Position numbers and translations under genes: made by a program
Source: Erysipelothrix larvae
Lineage (GTDB): Bacteria; Bacillota_I; Bacilli_A; Erysipelotrichales; Erysipelotrichaceae
Direction: 5' to 3'
DNA: 32,000 nt
Assembly: GCF_001545095.1 (NCBI RefSeq)
Contig: NZ_CP013213.1
Span: forward strand, 690,001-722,000
Notes under the pieces: generated by a model
What the model was told of the DNA's origin: nothing
What the model saw: the letters and a program-made list of their open reading frames with translations, nothing else
Database searches by the model: none
In this document: positions 15,459 through 23,931 of the stretch, piece after piece
How positions within the stretch are numbered: the first letter of the stretch is position 1
How the letters are laid out: each line of letters begins with the position of its first letter

Positions 15459-17981
15459 ATGAAGAAGTTTTTTCGTGTTCTCATAGCACTCAGTTTCGTG
15501 TTTGTGCAGAACATTACGCCCGTTTTCGCTGAAGGGTCAACCACAGGTGATGTAAGGGAGGTAAACAATGCATCACAATTCCTTGACGCATTGAATTCAC
15601 AATCAGTTTATGAGATTAGACTTGTTAATGATATTGTGATTTCCTACGATGATACAAACAATATTAGCAAGTCATTTATCGTAGTTAATGCTGACAAAAA
15701 AATTGTAGGAAATAATAAGACGATATCTTTTGAAGGATTGATGCCTAACAGACATTTTGGTGTCTTTGATTTTCGAGGGGATACAGAAATATCCGATCTC
15801 ACAATCCGTGCACCCCATAAAGCTGATCCTGAAGATGAAAATAAAGATCAATACACGCCAACGGTTTTATCATTTGGTGGTAAGGATAAAACGGTAGTCG
15901 TTAATAATGTTACCGTGAGAACCGCACAAGACTCAAATAATCTTCAAGTGGCAGTTGCTGTATCAACAACCAATGGTAACGTTACATTTGATGGTTTGTT
16001 TATTGACGGGGGTCGTCTGTTCTTTAACACACCAAACACTGGGAAAGTGACACTCAAAAATAGTGTGATTTCACAAGCTAATGTATCTTTTAAAGAAAAA
16101 AGTGGTTCAGATGAAATCTTGACATTTCCAAATCTTGGGGAAAATCGAGACTACTTTGCGTACATGAACGAAGTTGACCTTACGCTATCAAATACACGGC
16201 TTTATGTGAATGAAGCAAAAGGTAAACTACCTGAGAAATTGGTTAACTTTTTGAATCAATTAGACCCAAATGCTTTACAAGACATAAAGGATGCCACTCC
16301 GACATCTAAAAATAGTGTGCTTGTAAAAAGTGGTCAAGGATTTACGCAATCACTAAAAAGTTCAACCGTAAACAACATTGTATTAGGCAATGATATCACA
16401 GATCTTTCCTATGATTCTGAAGGAACATTGTTTTCCGTAAATCATGACGTCACAATTGATGGGAATGAGAACACGCTTGCTTTTGGGAAAGCGTGTGTCA
16501 TGCCTGCTAAAGGGGTACCGGTATTTGATTTCTCTTCGAATACAACAATCAAAAATTTGATTCTTTTTGCACCAAATAAGATGGATAAAGCGACGGATCG
16601 AAAAGAATTTACACCAACATTGTTCTCATTCAAGGGAAATGATGTCAGTGTAAATTTGGAAAACGTCACCTTAAATGTTGCGAATGGGTCCCTAAACCCT
16701 CAAATTGCAGTGTATATTTATGCAAAAGGTAACTCAAAATTCACCTTTGATGGCGTAAGTATTCCAAGTGGAAGACTGTATGTAGCACAAAGTGCTGCTG
16801 GTAGTCTTGAAATGACGAACTCAATCATCTCTCAAGAAAATGTCATGACCCACGATGACAATCTCAGTGATGAAATCTTAACCTTAAACTCTGAAACGTT
16901 TAAAATACATGGAGTAAAATCAAGATTTGTTGTGAACGTTCGAAATGTGAACACCCAAACGTATCTTGTGAACTTCCTCATGGATTTTCTTAAAGAAACC
17001 GGAATTGATCTTGAGATTTCACTGAATGGTCTTGCCAACTTTGAGAAAGATACAGTACAGGTAAATGTAGGAGATCGTATATCGCTTCAATCCATCCACA
17101 CACTATTTGGACTTGTAGATGGACCAAATAATACAACACAATGGTCAAATGTTAAGGTAGAATCAAACGATGTTGATAATGGATATCTTGTTACAACAAA
17201 AGCTGGGAACATTAAAATCAGTGTTGATTATGGATTTGAAGTTAACGGTGCGTTCCATACAGTTCAAACTTTTACATTCACATTGATCGTGAAATCACCT
17301 CAAGAACCTGAAGTTCCAACAATAGACACTGAAATTGTTGGTGATGAAAATATTTCTGAAGAAGTAAATGTTGATAAAATTGAAGTGCAATTTGACGAAA
17401 GTCAATTTACTTCAGCAGTGAAACGCTTTGAATTTGGACTTCCAACAATTACAAATTCTCAACAGGAAAATATTGAAACACAAATGCTTGCTTTACTGGA
17501 TGGTAAATATCAAGCACAACAACTCATTGTGTTAAGTATTCGTCCAATTGGAGAAAACGGTCAGAAACTACAAGTGGTAAATGGAACTGTGGAAATTACG
17601 ATTCCTGTACCAACAAGCTTAGACCCTAAAGGATCATTTGCAGTATTCCACGTAAGTGAAGATGGAACACTGGAACTCCTAGAGCATACCGTTAACAATG
17701 GTTTTATTACATTTAAAGCTACGTCATTCAGCAATTTCGTTGTAGCGAATGTTGAATCAGTTGTTGAAGAAACACCTGTTGAACCAGAAGTACCAACAAC
17801 ACCTGTTGTACCTGAAACACCAACACAACCTGAGACACCAACACAACCTGAAACATCAAAACCGGATGATTCAAAGAATCTTCCAGGAGCAGGCTTGTTG
17901 AATCTAAGCATGATTGGGTTCTCGATGACTGGATGTGGACTCTTGACATTGTTTGAAGCGCATCGAAAAAAACGTAAATAA
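15459..17981 (+). CDS. Large secreted cell-wall-anchored surface protein with an internally duplicated ~250-aa module and a variant sorting signal LPGAG
   Basis: SD AGGAGG. Signal peptide ending VFA/EG. Two homologous modules (about nt 15561-16253 and 16317-16982). Pro/Thr/Glu-rich linker. LPGAG (17880-17894), then a hydrophobic stretch and an RKKRK tail. Confidence 0.85.
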   Translation: MKKFFRVLIALSFVFVQNITPVFAEGSTTGDVREVNNASQFLDALNSQSVYEIRLVNDIVISYDDTNNISKSFIVVNADKKIVGNNKTISFEGLMPNRHFGVFDFRGDTEISDLTIRAPHKADPEDENKDQYTPTVLSFGGKDKTVVVNNVTVRTAQDSNNLQVAVAVSTTNGNVTFDGLFIDGGRLFFNTPNTGKVTLKNSVISQANVSFKEKSGSDEILTFPNLGENRDYFAYMNEVDLTLSNTRLYVNEAKGKLPEKLVNFLNQLDPNALQDIKDATPTSKNSVLVKSGQGFTQSLKSSTVNNIVLGNDITDLSYDSEGTLFSVNHDVTIDGNENTLAFGKACVMPAKGVPVFDFSSNTTIKNLILFAPNKMDKATDRKEFTPTLFSFKGNDVSVNLENVTLNVANGSLNPQIAVYIYAKGNSKFTFDGVSIPSGRLYVAQSAAGSLEMTNSIISQENVMTHDDNLSDEILTLNSETFKIHGVKSRFVVNVRNVNTQTYLVNFLMDFLKETGIDLEISLNGLANFEKDTVQVNVGDRISLQSIHTLFGLVDGPNNTTQWSNVKVESNDVDNGYLVTTKAGNIKISVDYGFEVNGAFHTVQTFTFTLIVKSPQEPEVPTIDTEIVGDENISEEVNVDKIEVQFDESQFTSAVKRFEFGLPTITNSQQENIETQMLALLDGKYQAQQLIVLSIRPIGENGQKLQVVNGTVEITIPVPTSLDPKGSFAVFHVSEDGTLELLEHTVNNGFITFKATSFSNFVVANVESVVEETPVEPEVPTTPVVPETPTQPETPTQPETSKPDDSKNLPGAGLLNLSMIGFSMTGCGLLTLFEAHRKKRK
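17811..17855 (+). repeat. 18-bp in-frame tandem repeat (2.5 copies) in the P/T-rich stalk of the surface protein
   Basis: CCTGAAACACCAACACAA / CCTGAGACACCAACACAA / CCTGAAACA, encoding PETPTQ PETPTQ PET. Confidence 0.8.
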
Positions 17982-17987
17982 TAAACT

Positions 17988-18017
17988 AAAACAGCCAACT
18001 TTAGAAGTGGCTGTTTT
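17988..18017. terminator. Bidirectional intrinsic terminator between convergent genes
   Basis: AAAACAGCCA(A)CTT / AAGTGGCTGTTTT stem with a 3-nt loop, an A-run 5' and a T-run 3'. Confidence 0.75.
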
Positions 18018-18023
18018 CATTTG

Positions 18024-18611
18024 CTATTCATAATAAATGACGTCGGTTGCGTATTGTTCTACCAGTCGGTTATCGTGGGCAATAAATACTATCGTAATGC
18101 CTTGTTGATTCAGTTGAGAAAGCATGTCCATAAAGATTGTCGCATTCGCAAAGTCAAGAGCACTGGTTGCCTCATCCACAAGCAATAAGTCAGGGTTTTG
18201 AATAAGACTTCGGATGATCGCAACGCGTTGTTTTTCACCACCGCTCAACTGGTGGGGAAACTTCTCTTTAATATTACTGATCTGATATTCATCAAAGAGT
18301 ATATCAAGTCGCTTAATGATATCCTGATTTAAGGTTTTATTGGCTTTAAATGAAATCAAGCAATTATCCATGGCACTTAAGTGAGGGAATAAATTAAAAT
18401 CTTGAAAGATATAAGCACATTTTGAATAAGTGTTTGTGACACTGCCACTAAAATTGGTTTCAAGACCAGCAATGATTCGAAGCGTAGTCGTTTTTCCAGA
18501 ACCACTTTTCCCATAAAGCGCAGTCATTGATCCATCTTTGATTGTGAGTGATGAATTATCTAGAATTTTTTGTGACCCAAAAGAGAGGGAAACATTGTTA
18601 AATTGAATCAT
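18024..18611 (-). CDS. Amino-acid ABC transporter ATP-binding protein (short form, 195 aa)
   Basis: Walker A GKSGSGKTT, signature LSGGEKQRVAI, Walker B LLLVDEATSALD, H-loop IAHD. The protein ends shortly after the H-loop. SD AAAGGA upstream. Confidence 0.8.
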   Translation of the reverse strand: MIQFNNVSLSFGSQKILDNSSLTIKDGSMTALYGKSGSGKTTTLRIIAGLETNFSGSVTNTYSKCAYIFQDFNLFPHLSAMDNCLISFKANKTLNQDIIKRLDILFDEYQISNIKEKFPHQLSGGEKQRVAIIRSLIQNPDLLLVDEATSALDFANATIFMDMLSQLNQQGITIVFIAHDNRLVEQYATDVIYYE

Positions 18612-19263
18612 GAGATGTTCCTTTCATGTTTAACTTTTTACTGATGATATTAATCACAAACACAACCAAGGCGGTGAAAAGTAGGTAACCAACGCCTACA
18701 AGCACTAAAGCATCGACACGTAAATCCCTTGATACGGCTTCTTTCGCAACCATAAGCATCTCTGGAAGTGCAACCGCTGCAAGCAGTGATGTGTCTTTCA
18801 CAAGCGTAATGCATTCGTTACTGATTGAGTACAGTGTGTTTCGCATGACTTGAGGAATGATGATATAACGGAACGCGTTAATTTTAGAAATATTCAACAT
18901 TTTCGCTGCATCCCATTGTCCTTTTCCAATTGTCTTAAAGCCCCCTTTAAAGATTTCTTGGAAATATGCACTGTAATTTAGAATAAAGGTAATAATCGCA
19001 AAGAAGAGACGATTGTCTCTAAGTGGAATTGGAAGGATGAGGGGGAGTGCATAGAAAACAAAGTAGAGTTGAAGTAAAAGTGGCGAACCTCTAAAGAGCC
19101 ATGAGTAAGCACTCAATATTTTTTGAATAAAAGGTCGTGTATTACTGATGTAACCTAATATGAGTCCAATTGGCATGGAGACAATGAGGGTTACCACATA
19201 TACATTCAAGCTGATTCCAAATCCTTTCGCAAGATTTGGAAGTAAAGAAATCCAGTAACTCAT
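18598..19263 (-). CDS. Amino-acid ABC transporter permease (His/Glu/Gln/Arg/opine family)
   Basis: About 5 TM segments. EAA-type loop motif GQWDAAKMLNISKINAFRYIIIPQ. Start/stop overlaps with both neighbours. Confidence 0.85.
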   Translation of the reverse strand: MSYWISLLPNLAKGFGISLNVYVVTLIVSMPIGLILGYISNTRPFIQKILSAYSWLFRGSPLLLQLYFVFYALPLILPIPLRDNRLFFAIITFILNYSAYFQEIFKGGFKTIGKGQWDAAKMLNISKINAFRYIIIPQVMRNTLYSISNECITLVKDTSLLAAVALPEMLMVAKEAVSRDLRVDALVLVGVGYLLFTALVVFVINIISKKLNMKGTSHDSI

Positions 19264-20009
19264 CGTTTAATCAAATCCTCGCCGAACCATTTGATGCTGA
19301 TTTCTGAGAGTGTTCCATCTGCAATAATCGCATCAAGTGTATCATTTATTTTCACTTGCATTTCCGTGTCATCTTTTCGAAGTCCAATTGCATACTCTTC
19401 ACTTTGCAGTGATATATTTGGAACCACGATATATTCATCACTCTTTCCAATAAGGTAACGTGCATAGATTTCGTCAGCAACCACAGCATCACTGTTTCCA
19501 GCTTTTAAATCTAACAACGCTTCATTAATGGTTGTGAATCGATTCAGTGTAAAGGATCCGTCTTCAAGGGTTTCTACCAAGATACGTTGCCCACTTGATT
19601 CGGATTCAACGGCGATGTGTTTGTCTGTTAAATCATCCAAAGTTTGAATTGAATCATTGTCTGCACGTACAATTACAACAATCGAGTTTTTAAGATAGCT
19701 GTTTGTGAATAAGACTTCTTTTTGACGCTCTTGAGTAATGGTGAAACCATTCCAAATTGCATCAATACCACCTGAGTTTAATTCAAGGATTTTTGAATCC
19801 CAATTAATGTATTGGAAGGATACGTCCATATTGAGTCGTTTAAACACTTCAGTAGCAAGATCAACGTCGAAGCCGACAATCTCTCCATTCTCATCTTTAA
19901 ATCCCATTGGTGGATAATCGGTAAATCCTACCGTAAATGTTTCATTTTTTGATGAACCACATCCTACAAGAAGTAAGATACAAAGTATCAGTGCAAAGCA
20001 TCGTTTCAT
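19260..20009 (-). CDS. Amino-acid ABC transporter substrate-binding lipoprotein (SBP family 3)
   Basis: Start refined to MKRCFALILCILLLVGCGSS (lipobox LVGC). The listed 20171 start is a spurious upstream extension. Motifs GFDVDLA and GGIDAIWNGFTIT. Confidence 0.85.
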   Translation of the reverse strand: MKRCFALILCILLLVGCGSSKNETFTVGFTDYPPMGFKDENGEIVGFDVDLATEVFKRLNMDVSFQYINWDSKILELNSGGIDAIWNGFTITQERQKEVLFTNSYLKNSIVVIVRADNDSIQTLDDLTDKHIAVESESSGQRILVETLEDGSFTLNRFTTINEALLDLKAGNSDAVVADEIYARYLIGKSDEYIVVPNISLQSEEYAIGLRKDDTEMQVKINDTLDAIIADGTLSEISIKWFGEDLIKR

Positions 20010-20137
20010 AAAAAGTCCCTCTCTTTTTTTGTTATCAATGGTTGTAGTATAACACCATACTTCACTAAAGTAAAGCGATAAAGTGAAAAAGTGTTTTATT
20101 TTCTCATAAAAGATTGGTACAATGGTACAAAGAGGTG

Positions 20138-20407
20138 ATGCATGTGGAGCATAAACGTTTGTATGATACAATCTTAAAACTAAAGGATCTTCAACAAGCT
20201 GAAGCGTTTTTCAAAGACTTATGTACAGAAAAGGAATTGAAGGATTTTTCAGATCGGTTGGAAGTAGCTGAGAAACTTCTTGAAGGAAAAACCTACGATC
20301 AAATATCAAAGGAAACCTCAGCAAGCAGCGCAACCATTGCTCGGGTAAATCGGGCGATTATGTATGGTAAAGGTGGCTATAAATCTGTAATACAAAACGA
20401 TTCATAA
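20138..20407 (+). CDS. YerC/YecD-family (TrpR-like) putative DNA-binding protein
   Basis: Family-typical sequence AEAFFKDLCTEKELKDFSDRLEVAEKLLEGKTYDQISKETSASSATIARVNRAIMYGKGGY. The start is ambiguous (ATG 20138 or GTG 20144). TGgTACAAT extended -10 at 20115-20123. Confidence 0.75.
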   Translation: MHVEHKRLYDTILKLKDLQQAEAFFKDLCTEKELKDFSDRLEVAEKLLEGKTYDQISKETSASSATIARVNRAIMYGKGGYKSVIQNDS

Positions 20408-20440
20408 TTTTAGGTGTATTTAAGGTTTATAAACTATACT
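20408..20440 (+). promoter_or_regulatory. Promoter of the two-component operon with an 11-bp-phased direct repeat (putative response-regulator box)
   Basis: TTTTAGGT (20408-20415), 3 nt, TTTAAGGT (20419-20426), 8 nt, TATACT (20435-20440). Same architecture as 22469-22502. Confidence 0.55.
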
Positions 20441-20466
20441 TTGAGTAAAGAAACGAGGGGTTTAGG

Positions 20467-21144
20467 ATGCGTTTATTATTAGCTGAAGATGAACAAGACT
20501 TAAGAGAAGCCATGGTTGAGATTTTGAAACAACATCATTTTAGCGTGGATGCAGTTGAAAATGGAGAAGAAGCTTTGGAGTATATTGAGTTTGGCGATAA
20601 TTATGATTGCCTCATTCTGGATATTATGATGCCTGTGATGGATGGCATTAGTGTTATCAAAGCACTTCGCGAACAAAAAAGAATGATTCCAATATTAGTG
20701 TTAAGTGCTAAAAGTGAGATTGATGATCGCGTGTTGGGACTTGATACGGGTGCCGATGATTATTTAGTTAAACCGTTTGATGTTCAAGAACTACTTGCAC
20801 GAATTCGTGTGTTAACACGACGTCCCATTAATGAACAAACATCAACCCTTACGATTGGGAATGTTACGTTGGATCGTGCGAACTATTCAATTCAAACTGA
20901 AAAAGGTCAGTTGGTGCTTCCAAATAAGGAGTTTCAGATTTTGGAGTTGCTTATGGTAAATCCGCAAAATGTTATATCCAGCGATGCAATCTTCAGTAGA
21001 GTATGGGGTTTAGACTCTGATGCTGATCAAAATACAGTATGGGTTACATTGTCCAATCTTAGACGTAAGCTCAATGTGGTTGATGCGACCCTATCGATAA
21101 AAAGTGTACGGAATGTTGGTTACACCCTTGAGGTTACCCAATGA
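20467..21144 (+). CDS. OmpR/PhoB-family response regulator
   Basis: Receiver domain (LLAEDE, LILDIMMPVMDG, SAKS) plus a winged-helix output domain (LTRRP...LPNKEFQILELL...VRNVGYTL). Confidence 0.9.
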   Translation: MRLLLAEDEQDLREAMVEILKQHHFSVDAVENGEEALEYIEFGDNYDCLILDIMMPVMDGISVIKALREQKRMIPILVLSAKSEIDDRVLGLDTGADDYLVKPFDVQELLARIRVLTRRPINEQTSTLTIGNVTLDRANYSIQTEKGQLVLPNKEFQILELLMVNPQNVISSDAIFSRVWGLDSDADQNTVWVTLSNLRRKLNVVDATLSIKSVRNVGYTLEVTQ

Positions 21145-22340
21145 TACGCTCATTACGAAGACGCATTGTTTTAATCACCCTGCTTTCGGTCGGTCTTGTT
21201 TTAACGGTCATGGTTGGTGGAGTAAATATTGCGAACTATCTGCAGATAATCAATAAAGCTGACAGTACCCTGGAAATGCTCGCAGAAAATAGGGGGACCT
21301 TTCCCAACCAATCCTTACCCAATCGCGATCGACGGCCTGAAGAACGCTTTGAAACGCGATATTTTAGCGTTCTTTTCGATGCAAATTACGCTGTAAGGGA
21401 AATTGATGTATCCTCGATTTTCGCGGTATCCAGCGCCCAAGCTGTTAATTTTGCAGGGAGTGTATTAGAATCTGGAAGCACAAAAGGTTTTGAGAATAAT
21501 TATCGATACCTTGTTGTGACTGAAGGAAATAATACCCGAATTGTATTTATGGATATACAACGGGATTTAGAATCCTTTCAATCACTCTTATTTAATAGCT
21601 TTCTAATTTCATTTATTGGTTTTGGTGCTGTAATTGGATTATCACTATTCTTCTCAAAAATACTTTTAAAGCCCGTTGAAGAAGCCTACGTCAAACAGAA
21701 ACAGTTTATTACAGATGCAAGTCATGAGCTAAAAACGCCCATTACCATTATCAAAACAAACATGGACGTATTGTCCTTATCAAACAATGATAATAAATGG
21801 ATTGACAGTACAAAACGTCAAACAGATCGTATGAGCATCATGGTCAATGATTTGTTGTTTCTCTCGAAGATGGATGAGACTCAAACATTGGGAATTAATG
21901 AGGACGTGAATATGAAACAACTTGTGGAAGAAGTTGTTCACGATTATCAACCCATCATTTCAAGTGACTACAAGCTGAGTGTACAGTGTGAAGAAGCATT
22001 CTGTAAGGGCGATCCAGCCTTACTCAAACGATTGATTAATGTTGTCGTTGAAAATGCCTTGAGATATGGAATCAAAAATCAGGTCATTGATCTTTCACTG
22101 AAAAAAACACGCCCTCATCATTTTGAATTTAAGATTTTAAATGCTTCTGAAATATCAAACGTTGGGAATGTTGAGTCAGTGTTTGATCGCTTTACGCGTA
22201 TGGATGACTCTCGAAATCAAAAAACAGGCGGCAGTGGTATTGGTTTGTCCATTGCGAAATCAATTGTGACACTTCACCAAGGAACGATCCATGCTACTGT
22301 AAATAAAAACCATGAATTTATGATCACAATTAAGATTTAA
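21141..22340 (+). CDS. Sensor histidine kinase (2 TM segments, ~110-aa extracytoplasmic loop, HisKA + HATPase_c)
   Basis: ATGA overlap with the response regulator gene. H-box FITDASHELKTPIT, N-box VVENALRYG, G-box GGSGIGLSIAKSIV. Confidence 0.9.
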   Translation: MIRSLRRRIVLITLLSVGLVLTVMVGGVNIANYLQIINKADSTLEMLAENRGTFPNQSLPNRDRRPEERFETRYFSVLFDANYAVREIDVSSIFAVSSAQAVNFAGSVLESGSTKGFENNYRYLVVTEGNNTRIVFMDIQRDLESFQSLLFNSFLISFIGFGAVIGLSLFFSKILLKPVEEAYVKQKQFITDASHELKTPITIIKTNMDVLSLSNNDNKWIDSTKRQTDRMSIMVNDLLFLSKMDETQTLGINEDVNMKQLVEEVVHDYQPIISSDYKLSVQCEEAFCKGDPALLKRLINVVVENALRYGIKNQVIDLSLKKTRPHHFEFKILNASEISNVGNVESVFDRFTRMDDSRNQKTGGSGIGLSIAKSIVTLHQGTIHATVNKNHEFMITIKI

Positions 22341-22414
22341 GACTGTGTAATCGGTGCACCAATTTTAAGACTTTTAGCCTACCATAATCATGTTTATGCG
22401 TATACATGAATCCT

Positions 22415-22447
22415 AGATTACAGATCAATTTACTGTAATCTTTTTTT
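22415..22447 (+). terminator. Intrinsic terminator after the histidine kinase gene
   Basis: AGATTACAG / CTGTAATCT 9-bp stem, 9-nt loop, T7 run. Confidence 0.7.
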
Positions 22448-22468
22448 ATTTTTTGAATCAAGCCGTGA

Positions 22469-22502
22469 TTTTAAGGTCTATTTTAGGTTAGGCAGGTATA
22501 GT
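22469..22502 (+). promoter_or_regulatory. Promoter of the VTC/DUF4956/lipoprotein operon with the same phased direct repeat
   Basis: TTTTAAGGT (22469-22477), 3 nt, TTTTAGGT (22481-22488), 8 nt, TATAGT (22497-22502). GGT-to-GGT spacing is 11 bp, as at 20408-20440. Confidence 0.55.
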
Positions 22503-22525
22503 AAACCTATACGTGGAGGCAACTT

Positions 22526-23233
22526 ATGAAAAAGACACATACATTTGAACGATTTGAATCGAAGTATCTCTTAACAAGCAATCAAAAAGATGCGCTGATG
22601 GCGTTATACAACGACCATCTTGTTGAGGATGCATTTCCGCACACGCATATTGTCTCAGTATATTTTGATACCTGTGATTATCGCGTCATTCGTGAATCAA
22701 TTGAAGCCAAAGATTATAAAGAGAAATTAAGGTTGCGTAAATATGTTTCTGACAATCAAAGTGGCACCTTGTTTTTTGAAATCAAGCGTAAAGTAGATGG
22801 GATTGTTTACAAACGAAGAAAAGGAATTACGAGTCTTCAAGAGATTCATCGCATTCATGATTCAAACCCGAAAGAACTTGATCAAATTGAACACGAAATA
22901 CAGTATGTATTTCAAAGAAATCCAGATCTAAAACCCAGCATTTTGATTGGATATGATCGCGATGCATATAAAGCCTGTGATGATGATACATTTCGACTCA
23001 CAATTGATACAGCCATTAAAGCACGATTTATTGATGTCATGGATTTAGAGGATACGGACGGTGATCATCTTCTTGAAGAAGGTATGTCACTGATGGAAGT
23101 AAAAACGCGGCTGGGGTATCCGCGATGGTTTTTAGATTTTTTAAATGAGAATGGTGTTATTAAACAGTCTTTCTCAAAATATGGCAATGCATTCAAGCAA
23201 AAAGTTGCCCAAGGAGAAATTATCTATGGTTAA
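22526..23233 (+). CDS. VTC-domain protein (polyphosphate polymerase domain-containing, CYTH/TTM-like tunnel fold)
   Basis: SD GGAGG. N-terminal FERFESKYLL (CYTH-type E/K strand). Size (~235 aa) and partner genes are typical of bacterial VTC-domain proteins. Confidence 0.7.
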   Translation: MKKTHTFERFESKYLLTSNQKDALMALYNDHLVEDAFPHTHIVSVYFDTCDYRVIRESIEAKDYKEKLRLRKYVSDNQSGTLFFEIKRKVDGIVYKRRKGITSLQEIHRIHDSNPKELDQIEHEIQYVFQRNPDLKPSILIGYDRDAYKACDDDTFRLTIDTAIKARFIDVMDLEDTDGDHLLEEGMSLMEVKTRLGYPRWFLDFLNENGVIKQSFSKYGNAFKQKVAQGEIIYG

Positions 23234-23915
23234 TCAACTATTTACAAGCATCTTTGAAATCACAGGATCGATTAATCTTGTATCCTTTTTAATCTGTATC
23301 GGTGCTGCCTTGTTATTGGGTTATATTTCTGCATCAATCCATACGGTTGGAAATACGTATTCTAAAGGATTTGTGGTATCCCTCGCATTGCTACCAGCAG
23401 CGGTATGTGTTGTGATTATGATGGTCAATGGAAATGTAGGAACAGGGGTTGCGGTAGCAGGGGCCTTTAGTCTGGTCCGCTTTCGATCACTACCAGGTAC
23501 TGCACGTGAAATTAGTTCCATCTTCTTAACGATGGCCATCGGACTTGCGACTGGGATGGGGTATATTGGATATGCCGTGCTATTTGTGATTGTGATTGCA
23601 CCGGTACAAATTATCTATTCTAAATCAACATTTGGTGAAAAAGACATGGATTCATTACAACGTACTGTACGAATCACCGTACCCGAAAGTTTAAATTATA
23701 CCGATGCATTTGATGAAGCATTCGATGAATTTACCACTTCACATCAATTATTGGCAGTCAAAACAAGTAATATGGGGAGTATGTACCGTTTGACCTATTC
23801 AGTGCTTTTAAAACAGAGTCAAGATGAAAAGAATCTTGTGGATGCACTGCGTGTCAGAAATGGAAATTTAGAAATAAGCAGTTCACAGCGCGAATTTGTA
23901 GCGCATGAACTTTGA
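23226..23915 (+). CDS. DUF4956-family membrane protein (4 TM segments plus a soluble C-terminal domain)
   Basis: Start refined to MVNQLF (SD AAGGAGA; 8-nt overlap with the VTC gene). Hallmark GAFSLVRFRS motif between TM helices. Confidence 0.7.
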   Translation: MVNQLFTSIFEITGSINLVSFLICIGAALLLGYISASIHTVGNTYSKGFVVSLALLPAAVCVVIMMVNGNVGTGVAVAGAFSLVRFRSLPGTAREISSIFLTMAIGLATGMGYIGYAVLFVIVIAPVQIIYSKSTFGEKDMDSLQRTVRITVPESLNYTDAFDEAFDEFTTSHQLLAVKTSNMGSMYRLTYSVLLKQSQDEKNLVDALRVRNGNLEISSSQREFVAHEL

Positions 23916-23931
23916 AAGAAGGAAACAACTT

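Noticed and set aside
17561-17998. 145-aa antisense ORF (and 17728-17949) with repetitive GVSGCVGVSG-type sequence at the 3' end of the surface-protein gene.
   Set aside because: The repetitiveness is only the reverse-frame image of the PETPTQ-encoding tandem repeat. There is no SD, and the ORF runs through the bidirectional terminator.
22363-22388. Third look-alike of the response-regulator box: TTTTAAGAC-TTTTAGCC followed by CATAAT, just after the histidine-kinase stop codon. A similar case is TAAGT-N6-TAAGTTAGGT at 25681-25701, after the lipoprotein gene.
   Set aside because: The 22363 site has 9-bp repeat spacing and lacks the GGT cores; the 25681 site has 11-bp TAAGT spacing but only one GGT core and no -10 partner. 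Neither shows the 8-nt offset to a -10 box seen at the two promoter sites. Both are probably chance matches in AT-rich DNA, though weak extra binding sites cannot be excluded.
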